Positions 50,224 through 60,974 of a stretch of 64,000 nt of DNA are shown piece by piece. Every line of letters starts with the position of its first letter. The first letter of the stretch is position 1. Source of the DNA: Minisyncoccota bacterium. Lineage in GTDB: Bacteria > Patescibacteriota > Minisyncoccia > Phycocordibacterales > VMEP01. The position numbers were made by a program, and so were the translations under genes. The notes beneath the pieces are model-generated. The model was not told the origin of the DNA and did no database searches. It was given only the letters and a program-made list of their open reading frames with translations. The stretch is taken from assembly GCA_041661305.1 (NCBI GenBank), contig JBAZUR010000001.1, forward strand, positions 33,591 through 97,590, given 5' to 3'.

Positions 50224-51386
50224 GGCTTACCCTTTCCCTCAGGTTTCCCGGAGTTGGGAGTTTTGGCAAAAAGACCGGAAACGAAGTTTATTACTGCCTC
50301 CATTCCCTCACCCTTTATTTCCTGAACGTTGTGGTGGACGGTTTTGGTAACTGCTTTTCCAAGCACCATCGCCGCCTCCATCGCCTCTTTGTCGGAGATT
50401 GCTTCACCTCCGCCTGAGCTCTTCTTTTGAAGCACTTCCGCCGTTTCCTTCACCTTCTTGGCGATTTCCCTTGTTGCCAGAGCTTCCTGGAACTTCGGAT
50501 CGTAGTCGATGTCGGATATTGCGACGAGAATCAAGTCGATGCCGTACGCCTCTTCGTATGATGCTGGCGCCGTCGAACGACCTTCTTCTCTGAGAGCCTC
50601 TTTCTTTTCGTTGAGTTCCTTGATTTTGTCGAGGTACTCGTCGATGGCTTTGATTACCAGGCTCTCTCGCTTCTTCCAGATCTCCTTGTCAGAAACATTG
50701 GCAAGGGGGGCGACGCCGTTCGTATTACTTTCGGTCGGCTCTTGTAGCTCGAGTTGAATTTCGTACTCGTAGTGCCCTTTCACACAGTTTTCGATGCGCT
50801 TGATGTTCTTTCTGGCCGTCTCGGCGGTGAGGTTGGCAAAAATCTGCGCGAGAAAACTCGAGCCGATATCGTGCAAACCACCGTCAATCACAGTTTTGTC
50901 GACCGCGATGTACTTGCCGATGTTGCCACGCATCCCACGGTATTGGAATCCCCACACCACATGAAGCATTACGCCGTCGAGCGCTGGGTAAGTTTCACCC
51001 TTCTCGAAATCCTTGGCGAATATCCTCAAGTTGATGTAGTTTCCCGGCTTGACCTGTTCCCAGGGAAACCGTAAATGGATTCCCGTTTGGTATTCCTTGA
51101 GCTCTCCGCCGAAGAGGTTGACCGTGATAAGCGATGTCACCTCCGGAACGGAAACAAGGAAGTAGGGAAGAGAACGACCCAGAAGCAAAAGCCAAATGGC
51201 CATTGCAAAGAGAGCGACCTCTTTCTGGAACATTCCCATGCCGAACGTTGCAAACGCGAAGGAAAGCAAAAACTTGGTGACCAAAAACAAGGCCACACAG
51301 AAAGAGAGAAGGAGAGCTATCTCCCACCCCTTGTCTGTTCGGAACATAGGAACCGGCTTTCCTGCTGGAGCAATGTTGGTGTTCAT
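50220..51386 (-). CDS. SPFH/band-7-like membrane protein (GC-rich)
   Basis: Two TMs; GIHLRFPWEQ; YGIDL..V.I.DI; AAGGAG SD motif. Confidence 0.7.
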   Translation of the reverse strand: MNTNIAPAGKPVPMFRTDKGWEIALLLSFCVALFLVTKFLLSFAFATFGMGMFQKEVALFAMAIWLLLLGRSLPYFLVSVPEVTSLITVNLFGGELKEYQTGIHLRFPWEQVKPGNYINLRIFAKDFEKGETYPALDGVMLHVVWGFQYRGMRGNIGKYIAVDKTVIDGGLHDIGSSFLAQIFANLTAETARKNIKRIENCVKGHYEYEIQLELQEPTESNTNGVAPLANVSDKEIWKKRESLVIKAIDEYLDKIKELNEKKEALREEGRSTAPASYEEAYGIDLILVAISDIDYDPKFQEALATREIAKKVKETAEVLQKKSSGGGEAISDKEAMEAAMVLGKAVTKTVHHNVQEIKGEGMEAVINFVSGLFAKTPNSGKPEGKGKP

Positions 51387-51572
51387 AACTTCTCCTTTCA
51401 ATGTGCGGTATTTAGCTGAGCGAAAATGCCAAGCTATTACTGCTTCAAATTATACATAAAATGAGCCAAAAGTCAAGGTGGGGAGGGGTGTTAAAAAGGT
51501 CTCGATTACGAGTTATGGAATAAAGAAAGGAGACTCGGCTAAGAACATTTTTACTCGTCGGCACTCGTAGAA

Positions 51573-51749
51573 ACTGGAGGGGGAAACTCGGTCACGAATA
51601 ATTTTGAGGACAAAATTTTCGCGACCCCGGCTCGCTGTCGCAGAGCGACATGCTCCGTCTTTCGAGTCTCCACACAAGCCAAGCAGTTGGCTTGTTCCTC
51701 CAGCACATAATTAAAAAACACACCCTAAAGGGTGTGTTTTTTAATTATG
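51573..51749 (-). repeat. tRNA-associated structured element (Leu-TAG copy)
   Basis: tgctggagg-[hairpin]-ggagactcgaa is an exact split antisense of the tRNA last 20 nt; then the core; then cgagtttccccctccag. Confidence 0.9.
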
Positions 51750-51831
51750 TGCTGGAGGGGAGACTCGAACTCCCAAGCCTTGCGGCATTAGTTCCTAAGA
51801 CTAACGCGTATACCAATTCCGCCACTCCAGC
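51750..51831 (-). tRNA. tRNA-Leu(TAG)
   Basis: ttagt-ctTAGga-actaa; variable arm. Confidence 0.95.
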
Positions 51832-51869
51832 AAGTTGTTTGTCGCCAATATAAAAATACTACACGTATC

Positions 51870-52021
51870 GCAAGAGTCGGTCACGAATAATTTTGAAGAC
51901 AAAATTTTCGCGACCCCGGCTCACCTCGTTTTGTAAGAACAAAACATGGTTCCGCCTTTCGACTCCTGCCCGCAAGTGAAGCAGTTCACTTGCTTGAGCG
52001 GATATCTCGCTGCGCTCAATG
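51870..52021 (-). repeat. tRNA-associated structured element (Lys 3' copy)
   Basis: tccgctca-[hairpin]-gcaggagtcgaa; core; cgactcttgc. Confidence 0.9.
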
Positions 52022-52094
52022 TCCGCCCAGCAGGAGTCGAACCTGCGACCATTTGCTTAAGAGGCAACTGCTCTACCAACTGAGCTATGGGCGG
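52022..52094 (-). tRNA. tRNA-Lys(CTT)
   Basis: Cloverleaf; ctCTTaa loop. Confidence 0.93.
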
Positions 52095-52126
52095 ATATAT
52101 ATAATTTTATACTAACTTTGTTAGCA

Positions 52127-52271
52127 TCTACCAACTGGTCACTCATAATTTCTTGCTAGAAATTTGCTCGACCCCGACTCGCCTCGTCAGGCTCCGTCTC
52201 TCAATTGCTTCACATGTCGCAATTGAGCCCCGCCCGTACTGAACGTACGTTCGGGCTGGTATGGGCGGATA
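52127..52271 (-). repeat. tRNA-associated element built on the tRNA-Lys 5' end/D-arm
   Basis: atatccgcccata...gctcaattg..caattgag-core-cagttggtaga. Confidence 0.8.
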
Positions 52272-52368
52272 TTTCTAACGAGTTGAATCATAGCAATTTA
52301 TTGCATATTTTTCAATGAAAATAGGGAAAAGGACTCGGGGTAGAAAAGGGACAGTATTTTTTTCTTGT

Positions 52369-52472
52369 GGTCACGTATAATTTCTTGCTAGAAATTTACG
52401 CGACCCCGCCTCGCGCCGTCGCGCTCCGGCCGGGACCAAATAAAAATACTCACTTAGGTGAGTATTTTTATT
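52369..52472 (-). repeat. Shortened tRNA-associated element (Leu-TAA copy)
   Basis: tggtcccgg, then cggagcgcgacggcgcgaggcggggtcgcg...cgtgac. Confidence 0.8.
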
Positions 52473-52558
52473 TGGTGCCCGGAGTGGGACTCGAACCCAC
52501 ACGACCTATTGGCCAACAGATTTTAAGTCTGTAGCGTCTACCATTCCGCCATCCGGGC
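52473..52558 (-). tRNA. tRNA-Leu(TAA)
   Basis: acaga-ctTAAaa-tctgt; encoded CCA. Confidence 0.95.
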
Positions 52559-52604
52559 AAATTTAAAATATTTTATTCTACTTAAATAAACTAAGCAAAA
52601 ATTG

Positions 52605-52782
52605 CTTGAGGCCTAGGGCGGAATCGGTCACGAATAATTTTTACTACCTGCAAAAATTTTCTCGACCCCGGCTCGCGATTTTGTCTGCTGACAAAATATC
52701 GCTCCGCCTTTCGCTTCCGTCACATCCCGCAAGCAGTTGCGGGATTCTATGCCGTCGGAACTTCCTCTAGGAAGTATCCTTG
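52605..52782 (-). repeat. tRNA-associated structured element (Cys copy)
   Basis: Core flanked by a 22-bp perfect direct repeat (52605-52626 = 52779-52800). Confidence 0.9.
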
Positions 52783-52854
52783 AGGCCTAGGGCGGAATCG
52801 AACCGCCGTATAAGAGTTTTGCAGACTCTCGCCTTACCACTTGGCTACTAGGCC
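52783..52854 (-). tRNA. tRNA-Cys(GCA)
   Basis: agagt-ctGCAaa-actct; U discriminator. Confidence 0.95.
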
Positions 52855-52904
52855 TTAATTATCACATGGCCAATTAGCCAGTGTGTTATAGCACATAGGG
52901 CATT

Positions 52905-53234
52905 CTACAGATTTCGCGATAAATCGTCTATTCTTTGGCGTGCTTTCTCTCCAGCATCAATAGCAAAAAGAATTGAAGGGAGTCTAGAAATTCTTGAGTT
53001 TGATTTTATAAAATCATAAAATTCTCTTTTTTTACGGTTTGCAAAATCAATCACGGCGTTCTCTTGGTTTGTGTCTGGAAAAACAGTAACAAAAATAGTC
53101 ACTTTTTTCTTATCATTTGAAAGTTGGGCGTTGGTGACAGTAATTAGCGAGGTGCGATTAGACTCGCGCTCCAAAAACCTCGCGGCAAGCTCTTTTATGA
53201 CATCTAGCATTTTTTCTTCTCGTCCTTGAGGCAT
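52905..53234 (-). CDS. rbfA: Ribosome-binding factor A
   Basis: ITVT...LSND...RLPSILFAID; downstream of infB. Confidence 0.88.
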   Translation of the reverse strand: MPQGREEKMLDVIKELAARFLERESNRTSLITVTNAQLSNDKKKVTIFVTVFPDTNQENAVIDFANRKKREFYDFIKSNSRISRLPSILFAIDAGEKARQRIDDLSRNL

Positions 53235-53235
53235 A

Positions 53236-54786
53236 TTATTTTTGAACTATCATGAACGATTCTATCGTGTCTCCTGGAGCCACATCTATCTTTGACTCAA
53301 GAAGCATTCCAAACTCAATACCTTCTTCAACTTCTTTTGTTTTCAATTTTTGTTGTTGAAGTTCAACAATTTTTCCTCGACCAATCTCAATCTCTCGACG
53401 TTTGATTATTATGTTTGAACCAGAAATCAAAGTACCTGTTAATACACGCCCTCCAGCAACCTGCTTATTTTTTGTTGAACTAAATACTTTTAGAATTTTA
53501 GCAACACCCATTATTTCCTCGGACTCAATGCGTGGCTTGCGTTCCTTCAGCTCGTCGTTAACCCATTCAGTTAGTTTGTAGATGATATTAAAAATTTTGA
53601 CTGGAATATTATTTCGCATTGAGATTTCACCACCAGTGTTGTCGGTTTTTACGTTGAACCCAATAACTACTCCACCAGACGTTGAGCCGGCCATCTTAAC
53701 ATCAGACTCATTGATACTCCCAACGCCTTTTTGGATAACCTTCACTTCTATTAAATCTTGGCTTAGTAGGGTAAGTTCTCGTTCAATTGCCTCCAGTGTT
53801 CCGAGAGTGTCGCTTTTTAGAACTATTGGGAAAATAGCTTTTTTTACTTCAACCTCTTCTCCTTCTTGTGTTGGCGAGGATCGTTTACTTGCTCCGTTTG
53901 TTTGCTTTTGTGTGTTTTTATTCTCGACAAAAAGACGCACGGCTTCCTCCGCCTCTTTTTTAGTTTTGTATGAAGTAAAAGGAGCTCCGGGAGAAGGTAT
54001 TTTATTAAAACCAACAATACTTACGGGAGATGAGAAAGAAACAGAATCAGTTTGTTTTCCAAGAAAATCCAGAATTGAACGTACGGGGGAGATTGCTTCC
54101 TCTGAAACAACAAACATACCCTTGCTCAAAGTTCCATCTTTAACAATAAGGGTTGTTGTTATTCCACATTTTTGATCAAGGCGTGATTCAAGAACCATTC
54201 CGGAGGCCGGGATGGTAGGGTTCCCTTTAAGCTCGGCCATATCTGCGACAAGTAAAATTATGTCGAGAAGTTCTGGAATACCCTCACCGGTTTTTGCTGA
54301 GATTAGAACGTATGGAACATCACCGCCGTAACCTTCGATATAAACTTCATGTTCAACTAACTCATTTTTTGTCTTTTCTACATTAGCGCCTGGTTTGTCT
54401 ACTTTGTTGATGGCGACAATAAAAGGAATACCGCTTGCCTTGATTGTTTTAAGGGATTCTATTGTTTGTGCTTTGACACTATCTTCGGCTGAGACAATCA
54501 AAATAGCGATGTCTGCTGTTTCGACACCACGTTCACGCATACCAGCAAAAGCTTGATGCCCAGGAGTATCAAGAAAAGTTATTTTTTGTTCTCTGCCGTC
54601 TTCTCTTTTATGTGCAACTTCGTATGCGGAGATGTGTTGAGTGATTCCACCCGCTTCGCCTTCAACAATATTTGTTTTTCTTATGAAATCAAGAAGTGTC
54701 GACTTGCCGTGGTCAATATGCCCAGTTACAACAATAACAGGAGGTCTTGCGATAGATGTTTCATTTTTGTTTTGTTCTTTAGGCAT
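53236..54786 (-). CDS. infB: Translation initiation factor IF-2 (short N-terminus)
   Basis: RPPVIVVTGHIDHGKSTLLD, EAGGITQHI, DTPGH. Confidence 0.97.
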   Translation of the reverse strand: MPKEQNKNETSIARPPVIVVTGHIDHGKSTLLDFIRKTNIVEGEAGGITQHISAYEVAHKREDGREQKITFLDTPGHQAFAGMRERGVETADIAILIVSAEDSVKAQTIESLKTIKASGIPFIVAINKVDKPGANVEKTKNELVEHEVYIEGYGGDVPYVLISAKTGEGIPELLDIILLVADMAELKGNPTIPASGMVLESRLDQKCGITTTLIVKDGTLSKGMFVVSEEAISPVRSILDFLGKQTDSVSFSSPVSIVGFNKIPSPGAPFTSYKTKKEAEEAVRLFVENKNTQKQTNGASKRSSPTQEGEEVEVKKAIFPIVLKSDTLGTLEAIERELTLLSQDLIEVKVIQKGVGSINESDVKMAGSTSGGVVIGFNVKTDNTGGEISMRNNIPVKIFNIIYKLTEWVNDELKERKPRIESEEIMGVAKILKVFSSTKNKQVAGGRVLTGTLISGSNIIIKRREIEIGRGKIVELQQQKLKTKEVEEGIEFGMLLESKIDVAPGDTIESFMIVQK

Positions 54787-54798
54787 TTCATTTTGTCG

Positions 54799-55272
54799 CT
54801 AATTTTCTTTGGCATTAGCACGCGCTTTCTCCATTGCCGTTTTTTCTTCCTCCGTAAGTTCGTTTTCAGATTTTCCCCCGACGATTGGTTTTGCAAAAAC
54901 ACTAACACGGTCTCTAGAGTAGAGGCTTGAAAAAACTACACCATCATTATTTTCGTTTAGTAGAGCAACAGCAAAGCTTTGATTACCACTACCGCCAGCA
55001 TCTTTGAAAGGATTAAAGCGAACGACGCCAATACTTCTACCGCCGTGTTTTAAGCGTTTTTCTGCTTGTACTAAGTAATTCTCAACGTCCTTTTGTGAAT
55101 TACTTAGGTTTTTGATGTACTTTTCTATTTCGTGAATAGTCTCCTCTAGGTCACCACCAGATTTTCCCTTCATAAGTCGGCGTAAACGCCATTCAATGCG
55201 CGCGAGCCAAAGAATTAAAAACACAACGAGACCTATAAGTATTGGGAAGACGATATTTGGGTTGGTAAACAT
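54799..55272 (-). CDS. DUF4446-like membrane protein
   Basis: TM segment, then GVVRFNPFKD..GNQSFAVALL...FAKP. Confidence 0.8.
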   Translation of the reverse strand: MFTNPNIVFPILIGLVVFLILWLARIEWRLRRLMKGKSGGDLEETIHEIEKYIKNLSNSQKDVENYLVQAEKRLKHGGRSIGVVRFNPFKDAGGSGNQSFAVALLNENNDGVVFSSLYSRDRVSVFAKPIVGGKSENELTEEEKTAMEKARANAKEN

Positions 55273-55459
55273 AAGGATAACACCCGTTTGGGGCGCTTTT
55301 TCTTCTTAGACTGCTAACGGTTTATGATTATACAATTATTTTGAATAATTACCAATTTTATTGTGCGCTTGCGCCCTTCCTGCGGGGCGCTCACTAATCC
55401 TCAAAAAATTGGTAATTACGGGAAAAGCAAAAATAAATAACCCGTGTTAATATCGAAAC

Positions 55460-56668
55460 ATGAAGAAAAGGAGAAAGATATACTTAGATCACGCGGCGAC
55501 AACACCCATAGACCCAAAGGTTGTGACACTTGTTTCAAAATCTATGACGGGGATTTTTGGTAACCCTGGCGCTTTATATGATGACGGGATTTTGGCAAAA
55601 AGATCCTTGGAAAAAGCACGAGGCGATGTGGCTAAAATTTTATCTGTCCTTCCTGATGAAATAATTTTCACGAGTGGTGGTACGGAGAGTGATAATCTGG
55701 CTTTGTTTGGGGTAGTGAGAGCGGCTCAAGAAAAATTCCCAAAAAAGAAACTACACATTATTGTGTCCTCGATTGAACACTCTGCCGTCCTTGAGGTTGC
55801 TCTCGAACTTGAGAAGGATGGTGTTTCTGTTAGTTATATTGCGCCAGATAAAGATGGCATTGTTTCTCCAAAAGCTATTAATGGAGCTTTACAAGAAAAC
55901 ACGGTGTTTGTTTCGGTGATGTACGCAAATAATGAAATTGGAACAATAGAGCCAATTCGCGAGATAGCAAAAACTATTAGGCACTATAAAAAAAATAACA
56001 AGACGATTCTTGGTCAGTATCCTGTTTTTCATACTGACGCATCACAGGCCACTTCGTATCTTCCACTTCGTGTACCACCACTTGGCGTTGATATGATGAC
56101 GTTGTCGAGTCAGAAGATTTACGGTCCGCGTGGTATAGGTGCTTTGTATATAAATAGGGGGGTTTTGGTTAAGCCGATTCTTTTTGGTGGCGAGCAAGAG
56201 CGTGGAATTCGTCCAGGAACAGAAAATGTGGCTCTTATTTTAGGGTTTGCAGAAGCACTTCGTATTACAGAACAAAAGAAGGACAGCGAGGTAAAGAGAC
56301 TCATAGTCCTGAGGGATTATTTTATTAAGCGATTATTAAAGGATGTGCCAGGGGCTGTTTTAAATGGACACGCAAAAGAGCGATTGCCAAATAACGTTAA
56401 TATTTCGATTAGTGGTGTGGATAACGATTTTTTGGTGATTAGTTTAGCAGAGCAGGGCATACTGTGCTCTACTAGAAGTGCCTGTAAGACAAATGATGAG
56501 AAAGGCTCACATGTTATACTTGCATTAGGAGGCGATAAAAACTTAGCAAGAGAAAGTTTACGTTTTTCACTAGGGCGCGATACCACAAAAGACAAATTAG
56601 ACACAACTGTCTTGGAGCTTGTGCGCATTGTTAAAGAAATTAAAAAATTTGGAAAAAATATTAATTAA
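55460..56668 (+). CDS. iscS: Cysteine desulfurase (IscS/NifS type)
   Basis: YLDHAATT, FTSGGTE, SSQKIYGP, RSAC. Confidence 0.9.
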   Translation: MKKRRKIYLDHAATTPIDPKVVTLVSKSMTGIFGNPGALYDDGILAKRSLEKARGDVAKILSVLPDEIIFTSGGTESDNLALFGVVRAAQEKFPKKKLHIIVSSIEHSAVLEVALELEKDGVSVSYIAPDKDGIVSPKAINGALQENTVFVSVMYANNEIGTIEPIREIAKTIRHYKKNNKTILGQYPVFHTDASQATSYLPLRVPPLGVDMMTLSSQKIYGPRGIGALYINRGVLVKPILFGGEQERGIRPGTENVALILGFAEALRITEQKKDSEVKRLIVLRDYFIKRLLKDVPGAVLNGHAKERLPNNVNISISGVDNDFLVISLAEQGILCSTRSACKTNDEKGSHVILALGGDKNLARESLRFSLGRDTTKDKLDTTVLELVRIVKEIKKFGKNIN

Positions 56669-56677
56669 AAAAATCAT

Positions 56678-57247
56678 ATGAATTACGAAGCAAAAAATTT
56701 TGATCACCTGTTAGGACTTTCTGGTTTTAGTGACACTCTTTTAAAAAATCATTTCACCCTTTATCAGGGTTATGTGAACAATACGAATAAGGTTGTAGAA
56801 ACCTTAAAAACCGTAGAAGCGGGAACTCCGCAATGGAACGAACTTAAGCGCCGCTTTGGTTGGGAGTGGAACGGAATGCGTTTACACGAACTTTATTTTG
56901 GAAACATGAAGCTAGACGGCTCTGCTTTAAAAGACGACGGTGAATTAAAGAAGGTAATGAATTATGTTTGGGGTTCATTTGAGGACTGGAAAAAGGACTT
57001 TGTTTCTTGTGGGACAATGCGCGGTATTGGTTGGGTTGTTTTGGCGTATGACCCTGAAAAAAAGATGGTCTTTAATACTTGGATAAACGAACATGACGCA
57101 GGACATCTCGCAGGAGCAACACCTATTTTGGTTATGGACGTTTTTGAGCATGCATATATTTCTGACTATGGACTAAAAAGAGCTGATTATATCGAGGCAT
57201 TTATGAACGCAATTGATTGGGAGGTAGTAGAAAAACGTTTTTCTTAG
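56678..57247 (+). CDS. Fe/Mn superoxide dismutase family protein
   Basis: LHELYF; DVFEHAY. Confidence 0.9.
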   Translation: MNYEAKNFDHLLGLSGFSDTLLKNHFTLYQGYVNNTNKVVETLKTVEAGTPQWNELKRRFGWEWNGMRLHELYFGNMKLDGSALKDDGELKKVMNYVWGSFEDWKKDFVSCGTMRGIGWVVLAYDPEKKMVFNTWINEHDAGHLAGATPILVMDVFEHAYISDYGLKRADYIEAFMNAIDWEVVEKRFS

Positions 57248-57302
57248 GTTTTTTATAGGGAAAGACTTGCTCTACGGTTTAATACCATTTATATTTAGAG
57301 GA

Positions 57303-58145
57303 ATGGATTATCTAAACAAAACACAACTCGTTCTTCTTGCAATTCTTGTTAGTTTTGTTTCCTCAATTGCGACGGGTATTGTGATGATTAAGCTCACAGA
57401 GAATTCCCCACAACCTATCACTCAAACTATAAATAGGGTTATCGAAAAAACAATTGAAAGAGTTGCCCCAGAGCGCAGTACGAGCATTGTTACGAAGATA
57501 ATTAAAGAAGAGGAGTTGGTGGTTTCTGCTATTGAGAAAAATAACGGAAACGTAGTAAAGATCAAAACCGACGTTGATTTAGAAAAAAACAACCCAGGAA
57601 CATTGCTTGGTTATGGTTTTGTTTTTTCAGGAAGTGAAAAATTGGTTGTAACAGATTTGAGTATTGTTAGTGATTCTGATATCCCATATGTTGCTGAATT
57701 TGCAAACGGAAGCATGGTTCGCATTGAGCGCGTGTACGCTAGTGGAAGTGGGGTAGCTATTATGAAACTTGTTTTAGGTGCTACTGATACTGCTCCAACA
57801 CTCTTAGAGTTGACTACAGCAAGTGAGACAACAGTGAAAGTTGGACAAACCGTTATTGGACTGACTGAACTAGTCTCAACAGGTCTTATCTCCGGCATAA
57901 TTTTTGAGAAAAATGTTTCTTCTGCCACAACGACCACAACTGGCGAAATCGATAAAACACACATAAGTGCAATTAAGACAAACATCACTACAACAAGAGA
58001 AACTGGTTGGCCATTGATAAATCTAAATGGAGATATCGTTGGGGTAGCGATATCAAAAGATATGGCACAGTTTGTTGTCCCCGGGAGTTATATTGAGGCA
58101 GCTATTTCTGAGGCAAAAAATAAGGGAAGTGAGAGCGTTCAGTAG
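57303..58145 (+). CDS. Membrane-anchored trypsin-like (HtrA-like) domain protein, probably inactive
   Basis: GxGF, VGQTVI, GWPLINLNGDIVGV; no catalytic His or Ser. Confidence 0.65.
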   Translation: MDYLNKTQLVLLAILVSFVSSIATGIVMIKLTENSPQPITQTINRVIEKTIERVAPERSTSIVTKIIKEEELVVSAIEKNNGNVVKIKTDVDLEKNNPGTLLGYGFVFSGSEKLVVTDLSIVSDSDIPYVAEFANGSMVRIERVYASGSGVAIMKLVLGATDTAPTLLELTTASETTVKVGQTVIGLTELVSTGLISGIIFEKNVSSATTTTTGEIDKTHISAIKTNITTTRETGWPLINLNGDIVGVAISKDMAQFVVPGSYIEAAISEAKNKGSESVQ

Positions 58146-58222
58146 TTTTGACAAATCAAAATTAAATGTTATAGTTTCCTCGTATTTGTGCTTTGTTTTA
58201 ACTAATAAACTAGTAAATAAAA

Positions 58223-60919
58223 ATGCCACCACTTGATAGATTTACAACAAAAGCCCAGCAAGCAATAAGTAGAGCTCACGAGCTTGCTGTTGAGCGTGGC
58301 CAAAATCACGTTACTCCTGTGCACCTCCTAACATCTTTGGTGCTTCAAGATGAAAGCACGGTTATTTCTGTTCTCGAAAAATTAGAAGTTGATATCTCTC
58401 TTTTGACAGACTCTCTTCTTGAAGCAATTGAATCTCCAGAGTCAGCTACAACAATGGCTCCGTCATATCATTTGTTTTTAACGCCAGATCTTGCCCGAAT
58501 TCTTGAGGGTTCTGTAAAAATTGCTCAGTACATGAAAGACGACTTAGCGTCGACCGAGCACCTATTTTTGGCTCTTTGTGAAGTGCCAGGACAAGCGAGA
58601 GAAATTTTAAATCGTTTTCGTGTTAACAAAGAAGTGACGATGACTATTTTAGAGGAGCTTCGAAACAAGAATGTTGTTGATGTTGATTCTCCTAAAAAGT
58701 TTCGCGTGCTTTCAAAATATACTCGAAACCTAACAGACCTTGCCCGTGAAGATAAGCTTGACCCTGTAATTGGTCGCGACAGTGAAATAATGCGCATCAT
58801 GCAAATTCTTTCTCGTCGTACAAAAAATAATCCAATTTTGATTGGAGATGCAGGTACAGGTAAGACTGCAGTGGTTGAAGGTCTTGCCATTCGTATTTCA
58901 AGAGGAGACGTTCCGGAATCGCTTCGAGATAAAGAATTAGTTTCGCTTGATTTAGGTTCTCTTATTGCTGGCACGAAATATCGAGGTGAGTTTGAGGAGC
59001 GTATGCGTGCGATGATGAAGGAGATAGAAAAAAGCGAAGGACGCGTTATTTTGTTTATCGATGAACTACACACTATTGTCGGAGCGGGAAGTGCTGAGGG
59101 GGCACTCGATCTCGCAAACATTCTAAAACCAGCCTTGGCTCGTGGTGAATTGCGTGCTGTCGGCGCGACAACCCTTAAGGAATACCAAAAGCATATTGAA
59201 AAAGACCCAGCCTTGGCTCGACGCTTTCAGCCTGTTTTTGTTGACGAGCCATCTCCTGAAGATACCATCGCAATTTTGCGTGGACTTAAAGAAAAATATG
59301 AGCTTTACCACGGCGTGCGTATTACTGATGATGCAATCGTTGCGGCTGTGAATTTGAGTATTCGTTATATAACAAACAGATTTTTGCCAGACAAAGCCGT
59401 TGACCTTATTGATGAGGCAGCTTCTTCGATGCGCATAGCGCTTGAAAATAAGCCACCAGCACTTGAAGAAACACATCGCAAGGTGATGCGTCTTGAAATA
59501 GAGAAAGAAGCCTTGAAGAAAGAATTGGAGGTTGGTACAGACACCGTAGGAAGCAAGAAGACAAAAGCACGAGTTAAAATTATTGACAATGAAATTGCTG
59601 ACCTAAGAGAGAAAACTAAAGCTCTTGAGATTAAATGGAAGAACGAGAAAACAATTCTTGATGATATTCGCGTTGTTAAGAAAAGTTTAGACACTTTGCG
59701 TGTTGAAGCCGAAAATGCTGAGATTCGCGCCGATTTAACTCGCGCTGCAGAAATAAGATACAGCAAGATACCAGCGTTAGAAAAGGACTTACACCTTAAA
59801 ATGACGCGTTTAAAGAAGCTTCAGAAAACCAAACGTATTTTGCGTGAAGAAATTAGCGAGGAAGATATTGCTGATGTGGTGTCTCGTTGGACAAATATTC
59901 CCGTTTCAAAAATGCTTGAGGAAGAAATTGAAAAACTCTCTCGCATGGAAGACGAACTTCGAAAACGCGTAATAGGGCAAGATGAGGCTATTAAAAAAGT
60001 TTCTGATGCTGTACGACGCTCAAGAGCTGGTGTTTCTGATCCAAACCGACCTATTGGCTCGTTCATATTCTTGGGACCTACTGGTGTTGGAAAAACTGAG
60101 TTAACAAAAGCTTTAGCCCAATTTATGTTTAATGACGAGCGTGCTTTGATACGCGTGGATATGTCCGAATATATGGAAAGTCATTCAGTTTCTAAGTTGA
60201 TTGGTTCTCCTCCTGGTTACGTTGGTCACGATGATTCAGGACAACTGACAGAATCTGTTCGTCACCGCCCATACTCTGTGATTTTGTTCGACGAAATTGA
60301 GAAGGCTCACCCAGAAGTATTTAATTTGTTGCTTCAGGTTCTTGATGACGGTCGACTCACAGACGCAAAGGGTCGTGTGGTCAACTTCAGAAACTCTGTG
60401 ATTATTTTGACCTCAAACATCGGCTCACAGTTTATTTCAAAAATGGAATCCATGGGCTTTAGTTCGAAAACAACAGCTCAAGATTATTCTGGGACAAAAG
60501 AAAAAGTCTTGGGGACATTGAAAGATTACTTCCGCCCAGAATTCCTAAATCGTCTGGATGATATTATTGTGTTTGATATTCTTTCGGAGGCTGCTATCCG
60601 TGACATTGTTACTATTCAGACAGAGATTGTTCGCAAGCGTCTTGAGACAAAAGATATGAGTTTGGAAATAAGTGAAGAGGCGCTTAAGTATTTGGCTCGT
60701 GAAGGTTATAGCCCTCATTATGGTGCACGCCCACTAAAGAGACTTATTCAGGAAAGGATTTTGAATAAAGTGGCAATGCTTATCATTTCAAAATCTATAT
60801 CGGCAGGGGACAAGGTTCTGGTTACCGAAAAGAATAATGATCTAGCAATTGAAATTAATCGAGGCAAAACAATCAGCCCGATTAAAAGGAAAAGTCTAAG
60901 AAAAAAGTCTACGGCATAG
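58223..60919 (+). CDS. clpB: ATP-dependent chaperone ClpB
   Basis: Two AAA modules ([16 protein letters not shown]) and a long middle coiled coil. Confidence 0.93.
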   Translation: MPPLDRFTTKAQQAISRAHELAVERGQNHVTPVHLLTSLVLQDESTVISVLEKLEVDISLLTDSLLEAIESPESATTMAPSYHLFLTPDLARILEGSVKIAQYMKDDLASTEHLFLALCEVPGQAREILNRFRVNKEVTMTILEELRNKNVVDVDSPKKFRVLSKYTRNLTDLAREDKLDPVIGRDSEIMRIMQILSRRTKNNPILIGDAGTGKTAVVEGLAIRISRGDVPESLRDKELVSLDLGSLIAGTKYRGEFEERMRAMMKEIEKSEGRVILFIDELHTIVGAGSAEGALDLANILKPALARGELRAVGATTLKEYQKHIEKDPALARRFQPVFVDEPSPEDTIAILRGLKEKYELYHGVRITDDAIVAAVNLSIRYITNRFLPDKAVDLIDEAASSMRIALENKPPALEETHRKVMRLEIEKEALKKELEVGTDTVGSKKTKARVKIIDNEIADLREKTKALEIKWKNEKTILDDIRVVKKSLDTLRVEAENAEIRADLTRAAEIRYSKIPALEKDLHLKMTRLKKLQKTKRILREEISEEDIADVVSRWTNIPVSKMLEEEIEKLSRMEDELRKRVIGQDEAIKKVSDAVRRSRAGVSDPNRPIGSFIFLGPTGVGKTELTKALAQFMFNDERALIRVDMSEYMESHSVSKLIGSPPGYVGHDDSGQLTESVRHRPYSVILFDEIEKAHPEVFNLLLQVLDDGRLTDAKGRVVNFRNSVIILTSNIGSQFISKMESMGFSSKTTAQDYSGTKEKVLGTLKDYFRPEFLNRLDDIIVFDILSEAAIRDIVTIQTEIVRKRLETKDMSLEISEEALKYLAREGYSPHYGARPLKRLIQERILNKVAMLIISKSISAGDKVLVTEKNNDLAIEINRGKTISPIKRKSLRKKSTA

Positions 60920-60974
60920 AAAACAAAAAATAACGGCCAAGTGCCGTTATTTTTTGTTTGAGGTTCTTATTAAA

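Noticed and set aside
52605-52626. Split or intron-containing tRNA genes
   Set aside because: Every neighbouring tRNA is already complete and uninterrupted; the extra pieces are duplications.
51573-52854. CRISPR array suggested by recurring motifs
   Set aside because: The repeats are long, variable, irregularly spaced and interleaved with tRNAs; no cas genes are present.
55346-55418. Hairpin aattaccaatttt...aaaattggtaatt between divergent genes
   Set aside because: Single copy in the window with no clear match to the repeat families; too little evidence to call.
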